Shown here piece by piece: positions 51,160 through 60,079 of a stretch of DNA of 64,000 nt. The stretch covers positions 290 through 64,289 of the forward strand of contig CAYJGE010000001.1 in the NCBI GenBank assembly GCA_964369835.1, written 5' to 3'. The notes under the pieces were generated by a model that was not told the DNA's origin, did no database searches, and saw only the letters and a program-made list of their open reading frames with translations. Made by a program: the position numbers and the translations under genes. The DNA comes from an uncultured Mailhella sp. GTDB taxonomy: Bacteria; Desulfobacterota; Desulfovibrionia; Desulfovibrionales; Desulfovibrionaceae. Each line of letters begins with the position of its first letter. The stretch's first letter is position 1.

Positions 51160-51210
51160 AAATTACTTTATTCTCCCTATCTTTAAAATACATTATCCCT
51201 ACCTTATCCC

Positions 51211-51545
51211 TACCTTCTTGTGCTCGCTTGCGTAAGCACGGCAAGGGGGGTGTCATATTGCAAAGCAAAGCGACAGCAATATGACGGGGGGTTCAATTCG
51301 AGCTAATCGCTTTTTGCTTCACCTTTAACTGCATTAATCACTTAATAACTGAACTTATGGTAAGCAAAAAGCGAGGTTAGTGGCATAAAATAGCGGGTGA
51401 AATAAGGCAGGCTTTAAATAGCAAGGAAGGCGAAAATTTTTTGAGGGAGTGTACTCGAGTACATGACCGATAAAATTTACAGCCTGACGCAGATATTGGA
51501 AGTCTTACTGTTTTACCCCTATATTTTATGGCAATAAAAAAGCAC
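51211..51545 (+). ncRNA. S-family structured element, copy 3
   Basis: Colinear with copies 1 and 2. The third stem is at 51307-51319/51362-51374. Confidence 0.5.
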
Positions 51546-51674
51546 AACTTGCATCTGCAAAGCAGAGGCAAGTAAATAAAATAAATGAATGAATTAATGA
51601 CTTACTATTTGCAAAACAAAGACAAGTTAAATAATAATTAAATAAACCATTAATGATCTTAAAAGGACAAATTT

Positions 51675-53006
51675 ATGGGATTGATTAAAGCAATTTTTGG
51701 AGCAGCAGGCGGAGTTCTCGCCGACCAATGGAAAGAATTTTACTACTGCGAAGCCATGGAATCTGATGTCTTGGTCAGAAAAGGAGCAAAAAGAGCGGGT
51801 AGCAGAAGTTCTAACACAAAAGGTGACGATAATGTTATCACAGATGGTTCCTTGCTTACAGTTGCCGATGGACAATGTATGGTTATTGTTGAAAATGGTA
51901 AGATTGTAGAATTTTGTGCTGAACCAGGTGAATTTACTTATAAATCTGATTTGGCTCCCTCTGTTTTTACCGGCGATTTCGGTGATAAACTAAAGGAAAC
52001 TTTTAAAAATATTGGTCGCCGTTTTACCTTTGGAGGTGAAGCAGGACAAGATCAAAGAATTTATTACTTTAACACCAAGGAAATTTTAGGCAATAAATAT
52101 GGAACACCAAGTCCCATTCCCTTTAGGGTTGTTGACCATAATATTGGACTTGATATTGATATAAGTATTCGTTGTCATGGAGAGTATTCCTATAAAATAG
52201 TTGATCCTCTTTTATTTTATACCAATGTTTGCGGTAATATTTCAGCCGATTACACAAGAGATAAACTTGACAGCCAATTAAAAACAGAACTTTTAACCGC
52301 TTTACAACCTGCTTTTGCCCAAATATCTTCCATGGGTGTCAGATATAGCGCCATTCCTGCCCATACCATGGAGCTTGCCAATGCTTTAAATGATATTCTT
52401 TCCAAGAAATGGACAGAAATGCGTGGAATTAAAGTTCATTCCTTTGGTGTTTCTTCTGTGAAAGCTTCCGAAGAAGATGAAAATATGATCACAGAAATTC
52501 AACGCAATGCCGTGTTCAGAAACCCTGCCATGGCAGGAGCCCACCTTGTCGGAGCTCAAGCCGATGCCATGCAAAATGCAGCCATGAATGAGGGTGGCGG
52601 CGGTGCCATGATGGGCTTTTTAGGTATGAATATGGCAAATAATGCCGGTGGCATGAATGCCCAAAGTCTGTTTAATATGTCACAAAATCAAGGCCAACAA
52701 AATAATGGCGGAGGCCAAGCTGCCCCCCCTGCCAATGCTTGGGCTTGCGCATGCGGTAAATCAAATACAAGTAATTTCTGCAATGAGTGCGGAAAACCAA
52801 AACCGGCAGATTCTAATGGCTGGACATGTTCCGCCGGGCATAGTAATAAGGGTAAATTTTGTGCGGAATGTGGCGAGAAAAAGCCTGAAGGTTTACCAAC
52901 TTATATTTGCGATAAATGTAATTGGGAACCTGAAAATCCAAGTAAACCACCTAAATTTTGCCCTGAATGTGGCGATATTTTTGATGAAAATGATATTCAA
53001 AAATAA
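51675..53006 (+). CDS. SPFH/band-7-related protein with a Gly/Met/Asn-rich linker and C-terminal zinc ribbons (COG4260-like)
   Basis: MGLIKAIFGAAGGVLADQWKE... N-terminus. The C-terminus has three CxxC...CxxC ribbons (CACG..CNECG, CSAG..CAECG, CDKC..CPECG). Confidence 0.65.
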   Translation: MGLIKAIFGAAGGVLADQWKEFYYCEAMESDVLVRKGAKRAGSRSSNTKGDDNVITDGSLLTVADGQCMVIVENGKIVEFCAEPGEFTYKSDLAPSVFTGDFGDKLKETFKNIGRRFTFGGEAGQDQRIYYFNTKEILGNKYGTPSPIPFRVVDHNIGLDIDISIRCHGEYSYKIVDPLLFYTNVCGNISADYTRDKLDSQLKTELLTALQPAFAQISSMGVRYSAIPAHTMELANALNDILSKKWTEMRGIKVHSFGVSSVKASEEDENMITEIQRNAVFRNPAMAGAHLVGAQADAMQNAAMNEGGGGAMMGFLGMNMANNAGGMNAQSLFNMSQNQGQQNNGGGQAAPPANAWACACGKSNTSNFCNECGKPKPADSNGWTCSAGHSNKGKFCAECGEKKPEGLPTYICDKCNWEPENPSKPPKFCPECGDIFDENDIQK

Positions 53007-53035
53007 GATAGCAGAAAAAAAGGCAGAGAGAAAAT

Positions 53036-53512
53036 ATGAGTTTTAATCATTTTGATAATGATGGCAATGCCATTATGGTTGATGTCAGCGATAAGGAAAT
53101 TACAAGTCGTACAGCCATAGCCAAAGGACAAATCAAGGTCAATGAAAATGTTTTTAATGCCATCGTTCATAAAACAGCCCACAAGGGTGATGTGCTTGGC
53201 ATTGCCAGAGTGGCAGGAATTATGGGAGTTAAAAAAACTTCCGAACTGATTCCCCTCTGTCATCCTCTGTTTATAACCAAGGCAAGCATAGAATTTGAAC
53301 TTGACGAAGCAAGACATACCATTTTAGCCGAGTGCATTGTAAAATGTGAGGGTAAAACAGGGGTTGAAATGGAAGCCTTACAAGGAGTGACTACTGCACT
53401 ATTGACCATTTATGATATGTGTAAAGCCATGGATACCGAAATGGAAATTTCAAAGATCTATTTATACCATAAAAGCGGTGGCAGAAGAGGAACAATTATT
53501 AATGAAAAATAA
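53036..53512 (+). CDS. moaC: Cyclic pyranopterin monophosphate synthase
   Basis: 158 aa with typical MoaC sequence (MVDVSDK..., [17 protein letters not shown]). Confidence 0.9.
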   Translation: MSFNHFDNDGNAIMVDVSDKEITSRTAIAKGQIKVNENVFNAIVHKTAHKGDVLGIARVAGIMGVKKTSELIPLCHPLFITKASIEFELDEARHTILAECIVKCEGKTGVEMEALQGVTTALLTIYDMCKAMDTEMEISKIYLYHKSGGRRGTIINEK

Positions 53513-53817
53513 AATGAAAGCTCTGCACAATTCATTGTGCAAGCTTCCATGGAAAATTTGCAAGGCAAATTCGACCACAAATCAAGAATAGCAGAAATCA
53601 CATTTTTTGTATTAACTGATTGATTTGTGCATCTTTTAGCTCTGCAAACCAAGTTTTAAAAAATAAAAATTTTGAAGTTTGCTATGACTTTTTATAAAAA
53701 AAGTAATTATGCAGAGATCTCAAAATATATTTCTCTTTATAAAGCAAATGTGCCTTTGCTAAAAAGTCAAAAATTGACATTTCTAGCGTGGATTAACTAA
53801 AAAGGAATTAATTTTAA

Positions 53818-54807
53818 ATGATTGATCAATTGGGCAGAAAAATTGATTATATGCGTATCTCCATAACGGATCGATGTAATTTACGCTGTCGATATTGTAT
53901 GCCCGACAAATTTGAAAATTTATCCCACTTTGACATTTTAACTTATGAAGAAATTTTAACAATTTGTAAGTCTGCGGTATCTGTGGGAATAACTAGGTTT
54001 AAAATCACAGGAGGAGAACCTTTACTCCGTAAAAACTGTGTGGAATTTATTGAAAATTTAAAGAAGATTCAAGGTGTTGAACAGTGTACCATTACCACCA
54101 ACGGCACCTTACTCTTGCCTGAACTGAAAAGACTTAAGGAAGTTGGGATTGATGGAATTAATATTAGCCTTGACTCATGCAATCCCGAACAATTTAAGCA
54201 GTTGACAGGCCATGACAAGTTTCAAACTGTCATGGAAGCTATTGACAGAAGTATAGAACTGGGAATTAAAACAAAGCTTAATTGTGTGCCTGTGCTTGGT
54301 TATAATGACGATAATTTGTTAAATTTAATCGAGTTGACCAAACATAAAAAACTTGATGTCAGGTTTATTGAAATCATGCCCATGGGCGGTGGCAAGAGCT
54401 TTCAGGCCATAGACCCACAAAAAATTAAGCAAATGATCATTGATAAATATCAAAATGTGGTTGAAGTTACTGAAACAAAAGGGAATGGCCCCGCTTCATA
54501 CATTCAAGTTGTAGGACATCTTGGCAGTATAGGTTTTATCAATGCCATTCATAATAAATTTTGTGCAAGTTGTAATAGAATACGGTTAACAGCCAATGGA
54601 ATTTTAAAACCTTGTCTTTTTTATGACAGTGATATCAATATCAGAAAATATCTTAGGGAAAATACAAACATTGAACATGATATGATTAAAAATCTTATAG
54701 TTCAAGCTATTAAAGAAAAACATGGCGAACATTATTTCTTTGAAGAAAGTGATAACAATCAAATTAAATTGGCAGAGTCTAAAATAATGGCTCAAATAGG
54801 CGGTTAA
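53818..54807 (+). CDS. moaA: GTP 3',8-cyclase (radical SAM)
   Basis: CNLRCRYCMP radical-SAM cluster and a C-terminal CASCNRIRLT cluster. Confidence 0.9.
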   Translation: MIDQLGRKIDYMRISITDRCNLRCRYCMPDKFENLSHFDILTYEEILTICKSAVSVGITRFKITGGEPLLRKNCVEFIENLKKIQGVEQCTITTNGTLLLPELKRLKEVGIDGINISLDSCNPEQFKQLTGHDKFQTVMEAIDRSIELGIKTKLNCVPVLGYNDDNLLNLIELTKHKKLDVRFIEIMPMGGGKSFQAIDPQKIKQMIIDKYQNVVEVTETKGNGPASYIQVVGHLGSIGFINAIHNKFCASCNRIRLTANGILKPCLFYDSDINIRKYLRENTNIEHDMIKNLIVQAIKEKHGEHYFFEESDNNQIKLAESKIMAQIGG

Positions 54808-54808
54808 T

Positions 54809-55738
54809 ATGGGCAAAGTAAGAGCAATTTGTATTAGTGAAAAAAAAGGCACCCAAAAGAAAAACATAGAAAGTGCAAAATTTATTAAAGATTTTGGAAT
54901 TGAAAATGATGCCCATGCCGGTAAGTGGCATAGGCAAGTCAGTTTAATTTCAGCCGATAAAATAGCCGATTTTAAAGCAAGGGGAGCTCTTATCAATGAT
55001 GGCGCCTTCGGTGAAAATTTAATTGTTGATGATTTTGACTTTAAAAATTTACCTGTGGGAACCAGATTTAAATGTAATGATGTTATCTTGGAAATGACTC
55101 AAATAGGCAAAGAATGTCATAGCCATTGTGCCATTTATCATGCTGTCGGTGACTGTATCATGCCCAGAGAGGGGGTTTTTGCAAGGGTAATCGAGGGCGG
55201 AACAATTTTTGAGGGCAATATTATGGAACAACTTGATGTGCACCATAATTACAAGGTTGGCGTAATAACCCTCAGTGATAAAGCCTCTGCCAAAGAAAGA
55301 GAAGATACGGCAGGGCCATTAATCAGAGAAATGATTGAAAAAGATAATTTCTTGGTGGTAGATCAAAAAATCATTCCCGATGACAAGGAAAAATTAGAAA
55401 AACTATTGATTAAGCTGACAGATGTGGTGGGAGTTGACCTTATTTTAACCACAGGCGGAACAGGCTTTTCAAGTAGAGATAATACTCCCGAAGCTACCTT
55501 AGCCATTGCCGATAAAAATGCTCCGGGTATTGCCGAGGCAATCAGAAATCACTCCATGACCATAACCCCAAGAGCCATGCTAAGCAGAGCAGTTTCTGTA
55601 ATCAGAAAAAATACCTTGATAATAAATCTTCCGGGAAGCCCAAAGGCTGTTGCCGAAAGTTTGGAATATATCTTGCCCCATTTAAAACATGGTCTTGACG
55701 TATTATTGGCAAAATCTTCTGAATGTGCCAGAAGTTAA
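54809..55738 (+). CDS. MOSC domain - MoaB/MogA domain fusion protein
   Basis: The N-terminal ~140 aa are MOSC-like. The C-terminal half has the MogA/MoaB motif LILTTGGTGFSSRDNTPEAT. Confidence 0.75.
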   Translation: MGKVRAICISEKKGTQKKNIESAKFIKDFGIENDAHAGKWHRQVSLISADKIADFKARGALINDGAFGENLIVDDFDFKNLPVGTRFKCNDVILEMTQIGKECHSHCAIYHAVGDCIMPREGVFARVIEGGTIFEGNIMEQLDVHHNYKVGVITLSDKASAKEREDTAGPLIREMIEKDNFLVVDQKIIPDDKEKLEKLLIKLTDVVGVDLILTTGGTGFSSRDNTPEATLAIADKNAPGIAEAIRNHSMTITPRAMLSRAVSVIRKNTLIINLPGSPKAVAESLEYILPHLKHGLDVLLAKSSECARS

Positions 55739-55817
55739 GAAATATATTATATCTAATTGGTGTTAAAGGACATGTTTATTCCAATTTGCAATGTATTAGC
55801 TTGATGACTGCCTTTCT

Positions 55818-56064
55818 CACGTGATTCCGGTTTGAGGGGGGAAACCCCATTTTTTTGAATCAATCCATAACGCTTAGTCTCACTTTGTTCGACATAAGCC
55901 GGGTGAGTTTTCCCCCCTCAAACGTAAGCAATCGCTTCCCCCCTTCCTGAAAAAACATTTTTTCAAATAACAATATAACTATTTTGATTTATTAATATTT
56001 TATTTAATGTCTAAAATCAAAGATCATTCCATAATTATGTTTTTTTAAACCGGAATGGAGTGCT
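55818..56064 (+). mobile_element. MITE, copy f: 9-bp TSD, inserted into a D-family repeat tail
   Basis: Ends cacgtgattccggttt and aaaccggaatggagtgc. The flanking direct repeat tgcctttct is at 55809-55817 and 56065-56073. Confidence 0.8.
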
Positions 56065-56130
56065 GCCTTTCTGTTTTTATTTCGTTAACCTACATTTGTA
56101 ACTATTCGATATATCAAAAAAACAAAAGCG

Positions 56131-56335
56131 GTGTCATTGCGAGGACGAAGCCCTTAAGGGCTGAGGACGTGGCAATCTTGGTGTTAAAGGAAAGATAAAA
56201 AAAGTTTTTAAGTTCCCGATTGTACGCCAAGATTGCCACACTCGCTTCACTCGTTCGCACACTGTTTAAGTGGGAGATTGCTTTATCAACAAAATAGGGC
56301 GCTTCACTCATTCGCAATAACTGCCAATATTTTTA
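56131..56335 (+). repeat. D-family long-hairpin repeat, copy 3
   Basis: Termini gtcattgcgagg... and ...ttcgcaataactgcc. Arms gtggcaatcttgg (56169-56181) and ccaagattgccac (56227-56239). Confidence 0.8.
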
Positions 56336-56424
56336 TTACCTTAAAAATCAACGTACATTGCAAATTGGAATAAGGTATGTTAAAGGAAAAACTAGAAAAA
56401 CATATCAAAACAACACATTGTTTT

Positions 56425-56584
56425 AATAAACTAAATCGGCCGGGGCAATTAAAGAAGTCTGCCGCCATGAAACAGCAACTTCACAGCGGCGATTAAGATT
56501 TCTTTGATGTTTTGCAATCCTATAAACATCAAAGGGCTTACCCGTTGGGGTGATAAGTGCACTAACACTTATTGCCCTTTTCTT
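56425..56584 (-). ncRNA. Putative antisense sRNA B1 (orphan copy; promoter at 56591-56618)
   Basis: A near-identical direct repeat of 56795-56953 with the same TTGACT-N16-TAAAAT promoter. No intact peptide ORF is convergent with it. Confidence 0.35.
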
Positions 56585-56640
56585 AATTTAAATTTTAAAT
56601 CTTTCTTTACAAAAGTCAAGTTAAAATCAAAGTACGCTTG

Positions 56641-56669
56641 CTTGAAAAATTTCTGCAAACTTGTTATAA
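56641..56669 (+). promoter_or_regulatory. Sigma70-type promoter of peptide gene B
   Basis: TTGAAA-N17-TATAAA, about 55 nt upstream of ATG 56724. The homologous position in locus A is TTGAGA-N17-TCTAAA. Confidence 0.5.
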
Positions 56670-56723
56670 AAAAGTTCGGGTATTCCTTTTTGATGAGAAT
56701 TTATTCTTAAAGGAGGAATAATC

Positions 56724-56795
56724 TATGAGTGACTTCGTTCTTGCTGTTTTGGCAAATGTTGTTGCAGGATTTATTCTTGCACGCATTTTGAAATA
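56724..56795 (+). CDS. 23-aa hydrophobic peptide (type I toxin-like), locus B
   Basis: MSDFVLAVLANVVAGFILARILK. Strong SD AAAGGAGG 8 nt upstream. An in-frame TAA directly precedes the ATG. It is too short to appear in the ORF track. Confidence 0.6.
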
Positions 56796-56953
56796 AAAAC
56801 TAAATCGGCCGGGGCAATTAAAGAAGTCTGCCGCCATGAAGCAGCAACTTCACAGCGGCGATTAAGATTTCTTTGATGTTTTGCAATCCTATAAACATCA
56901 AAGGGCTTACCCGTTGGGGTGATAAGTGCACTAACACTTATTGCCCTTTTCTT
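56795..56953 (-). ncRNA. Putative cis-antisense sRNA B2 (promoter at 56960-56987)
   Basis: TTGACT-N16-TAAAAT on the minus strand. In the hairpin gccgcugugaag/cuucauggcggc the two non-Watson-Crick positions are G.U only in the antisense orientation. Confidence 0.4.
56916..56952 (+). terminator. Intrinsic terminator of peptide mRNA B
   Basis: gggugauaagug-cacuaa-cacuuauugccc followed by uuuucuu. The stem has two G.U pairs that would be A/C mismatches on the other strand. The locus A equivalent is 34452-34488 (minus strand). Confidence 0.5.
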
Positions 56954-57085
56954 AATTTAAATTTTAAATCTTTCTTTACAAAAGTCAAGTTAAAATCAAA
57001 AGTAAGTTTATTTGGACGCATCTAATTTGCGATGTAAACTGATTTGATTTTTATGTTAACATAATATATTGATTGTATTGATAAT

Positions 57086-57115
57086 AAAAAAGCACTGATT
57101 ACTCAGTGCTTTTTT
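57086..57115. terminator. Intrinsic terminator downstream of the ferredoxin gene (bidirectional form)
   Basis: aaaaa-agcactga-ttac-tcagtgct-ttttt. Confidence 0.8.
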
Positions 57116-57119
57116 AAAA

Positions 57120-57308
57120 TTATACTTCGTCAATTACAATGGCGTCGTGTTCACAAACACCAGTGCATGACTCACAGCCAAGACATTCTTCAGGTGCTAT
57201 AGGATCACATTTACCATCTGCCATTTCGTAAACATTTACAGGACAGATGTCAACACATTCACCACAGCCCACACATTTATCTGTGTCTACTTGAACTGAA
57301 TAACTCAT
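57120..57308 (-). CDS. fdx: Small 4Fe-4S ferredoxin (Desulfovibrio type)
   Basis: 62 aa with CVGCGECVDICP and CLGCESCTGVCEHDAI. GGAGG SD. Confidence 0.9.
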   Translation of the reverse strand: MSYSVQVDTDKCVGCGECVDICPVNVYEMADGKCDPIAPEECLGCESCTGVCEHDAIVIDEV

Positions 57309-57589
57309 AGGATTTCCTCCAAATTAGCAATAGCTAGTTAAATTTTACTTTGAATATTCATTTTATTTTAAACAAAATGATTTAATTCACAGCTAATATT
57401 TGGATAGCCTTTGTTCTTATTTATGTCAAGTAAGTGTACAAATCTTATAATAACGTTGCTATAACTATATTTTCAGGGTTTTTGAATTATAATTGCAAAT
57501 ATTTTATTTGAAATCAACAGTCAAAACACTAGTTATTATTTGATTTAATTTACTTTTTAAAAATAGTTTTCAAAAATTAAATTAATACT

Positions 57590-59023
57590 TTATTTTTCAT
57601 TTAAACCCATAAAATTAACAATTTCCTTGGCCGCTTGTTCAATATAAGCCAATGAGCTTAAACTTTGCTTTTTAGATTCACTGATTATGTTAATAGGAGC
57701 ATTTTGTAATTCAGCTTTAGGGCTAATATTATAAGCGCTTGGAAAGCTGTTTTCAAAATAATAATTTTGAAAATCTGCAAATTTTAAAGCATGGGCTGTG
57801 GCATCAAGAACAGCAAAATCCTTGCTTGTGATTTTACTTTCTGCCCTTGCTTGCAAAAGTCCTGCCAGACATTCCCCGCCTTGAGTACAAGCAATATGTC
57901 CGTGACGATTGGCTAAAATCATGGCGTCCATGATGGCTTGCTCTGTCACTTGCACCACATTAAATTCACCGCCAAGACTCTCGTAAATATCAGCCAGTTT
58001 TTTAACCCTTGGAAATGAGACAGGATTACCTATCATGGCGGCTTGAGCCACACTTGGCTTTACTTCAACAGGCTTATAAACACGTTCTGACTTTGGTTTT
58101 GAATAATATTGCCAAACAGGATCGGCATGATGGGATTGAACGCCAAAAAGTCTTGGCAATTCTTCTATAATTCCAAGAGTTTTCATCTTAATCAACCCTG
58201 ACATAACGGCTGTGATATTTCCTGCATTACCAATGGGAACAAAAAGGCTTTTGTTTGCCAAATTCCAATCATAATTTTGAGCAACTTCATAGGCATAGGA
58301 TTCTTGCCCCAAAATTCTCCAGCTATTTTTAGAATTTAAAAGAGCAATTTTATAATTTGCCGCCAAATATTCCACAACTTTCATGCAATCATCAAAAACA
58401 CCCGGAATTTGTAAAACAGTTGCTCCACTGCCAAGAGGTTGAGACAATTGTTGAGCCGTTACCTTGCCCTCGGGCAGTAAAACAACACTTTTAATTGGAC
58501 TTCCCACATAGGAACCATAGAGGGCTGCCGCTGCCGAAGTATCTCCGGTTGAAGCACAAACAGTTAAAATTTCAGTTAAATTCTGAGTTCTGATTAATGA
58601 ACGTAAATAACTGAAAACACCTGCCATTCCCCTATCTTTAAAGGAAGCTGACGGGTTTTGTCCCTCATTTTTAAAGGCAAAATTCAAACCAAGATGATCG
58701 GACAGAGCTTTTGCAGTTTGAATAATGGGAGTATGCCCCTCGCCAAGATAAATAATATCTTCTTCTTCAAGCACGGGCGCCATCAATTCATAAAAGCAAA
58801 AAATTCCTCTAAGTGCCTTTGTTTTTGTGGCACGTCGATTATCAAATTTTTTCCGCCAATCCAAAGCACTGACTTCTTGGTATTCTAAAAAATCCTTGTC
58901 TTCCAACAATAAAACCCCATTACAATTGGGGCAAGTGTATAATAGTTCTTCAATGCCAAAATTACTTTCGCAATTTGTACAACAATATTCCATTTTATGT
59001 CTTATTATAGGAAAATCGCCCAT
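57590..59023 (-). CDS. thrC: Threonine synthase (long form with an N-terminal zinc ribbon)
   Basis: PLP-lysine motif PSASFKDRGMAG. N-terminal CTNC...CPNC. Confidence 0.85.
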   Translation of the reverse strand: MGDFPIIRHKMEYCCTNCESNFGIEELLYTCPNCNGVLLLEDKDFLEYQEVSALDWRKKFDNRRATKTKALRGIFCFYELMAPVLEEEDIIYLGEGHTPIIQTAKALSDHLGLNFAFKNEGQNPSASFKDRGMAGVFSYLRSLIRTQNLTEILTVCASTGDTSAAAALYGSYVGSPIKSVVLLPEGKVTAQQLSQPLGSGATVLQIPGVFDDCMKVVEYLAANYKIALLNSKNSWRILGQESYAYEVAQNYDWNLANKSLFVPIGNAGNITAVMSGLIKMKTLGIIEELPRLFGVQSHHADPVWQYYSKPKSERVYKPVEVKPSVAQAAMIGNPVSFPRVKKLADIYESLGGEFNVVQVTEQAIMDAMILANRHGHIACTQGGECLAGLLQARAESKITSKDFAVLDATAHALKFADFQNYYFENSFPSAYNISPKAELQNAPINIISESKKQSLSSLAYIEQAAKEIVNFMGLNEK

Positions 59024-59053
59024 AAAAAATCTCCATTGATCAAAAGTAAAAAA

Positions 59054-59842
59054 TTAAATCCAAAATTCTTGATGTTTTTGATAAAATAAATTTGCAGCTT
59101 CCAAATCTTCCACAGTATCAACGCCTTGTGAACCTGAAACCACTATGCCAACATCTATATTAATATTATTTTCAAGAAGTCGCAACTGTTCCAATTTCTC
59201 GGTTTCTTCCAAGGGGGTGGGGCTAAAACCTGCCATTTTTTCCAATATATCAAATCTAAAAGCATAAATGCCCAAGTGTCCTATGTATGGAGCTTTGGCT
59301 AAATTATCTCTGACATGGGGTATGGGGGCACGAGAAAAATAAAGAGCCTTTCCATTTTTATTTAAAACAATTTTAACTTGGTTAGGTGAATTTATTCTTT
59401 CAAAATCGGTTTTTGGATCTAAAATCACGCCCAAAGTAGAGCATTGAGTTGAACATTCTGCTATTTTTTCTTTTTCATTAAATGGTTTTAACAGTGTTTC
59501 AAACATATTCTTGGTCAAAAAAGGTTCATCACCCTGCACATTTACAATAATATTATCAGGTAAAAGACCCAGTTTTTGAGCTGCCTCCCTGACTCTGTCT
59601 GTGCCCGTGGTATGTTTTGTATCGGTTAAAATATAGGGAACATTAAATTCCTTGGCCTTTTGTTCAATACGTTTATCATCTGTTGCCAAATACACTTCCT
59701 CAAAGCAATTACTTTGTTTTGCTCTAATATAAGCATGGTAAAACAGAGGCTTATCTCCAATCAAAGCTAAAGCTTTTGCCATAAATCTGGTGGAAGCATA
59801 GCGAGATGGTATAATTGCATAGCATTTTTTTTTGTCAGACAT
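59054..59842 (-). CDS. kdsB: 3-deoxy-manno-octulosonate cytidylyltransferase (CMP-Kdo synthetase)
   Basis: AIIPSRYASTRF... N-terminus and VQGDEP motif. The start is moved from TTG 59848 to ATG 59842. Confidence 0.9.
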   Translation of the reverse strand: MSDKKKCYAIIPSRYASTRFMAKALALIGDKPLFYHAYIRAKQSNCFEEVYLATDDKRIEQKAKEFNVPYILTDTKHTTGTDRVREAAQKLGLLPDNIIVNVQGDEPFLTKNMFETLLKPFNEKEKIAECSTQCSTLGVILDPKTDFERINSPNQVKIVLNKNGKALYFSRAPIPHVRDNLAKAPYIGHLGIYAFRFDILEKMAGFSPTPLEETEKLEQLRLLENNINIDVGIVVSGSQGVDTVEDLEAANLFYQKHQEFWI

Positions 59843-60079
59843 TATCAATATTCCTAAAAAAAAATTAAATTTTTCAAATTTCCTCTTGACGCTTTTTCAG
59901 TTTGCTTTATTTTCAAGCATAAACTAAATATGAAATACTGAAAAGTTTATTTTGCATAGAAAAAAATTTTTTATTATTTTTTGAATATTGAAAAAATCAA
60001 TTTTATTGCAATATATTCAATAAAGCACACTATTAAAAATATCAATTGTTTACCATGTAAATTGGGAAGATGAAATTTT

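Noticed and set aside
53513-53817. Possible Moco riboswitch in the 305-bp moaC-moaA spacer.
   Set aside because: There are some local stems (gcacaat/attgtgc), but I could not find the conserved Moco-motif core. An Rfam/Infernal scan (RF01055) would settle it.
56846-56875. A 9-codon ORF inside the antisense-element hairpin (MKQQLHSGD). The locus A equivalent is MNAQIHGGD at 34539-34568.
   Set aside because: The ATG and stop are by-products of the gccgccatgaa...ggcggcgattaa hairpin. There is no SD, and the variation follows pairing rather than codon constraints.
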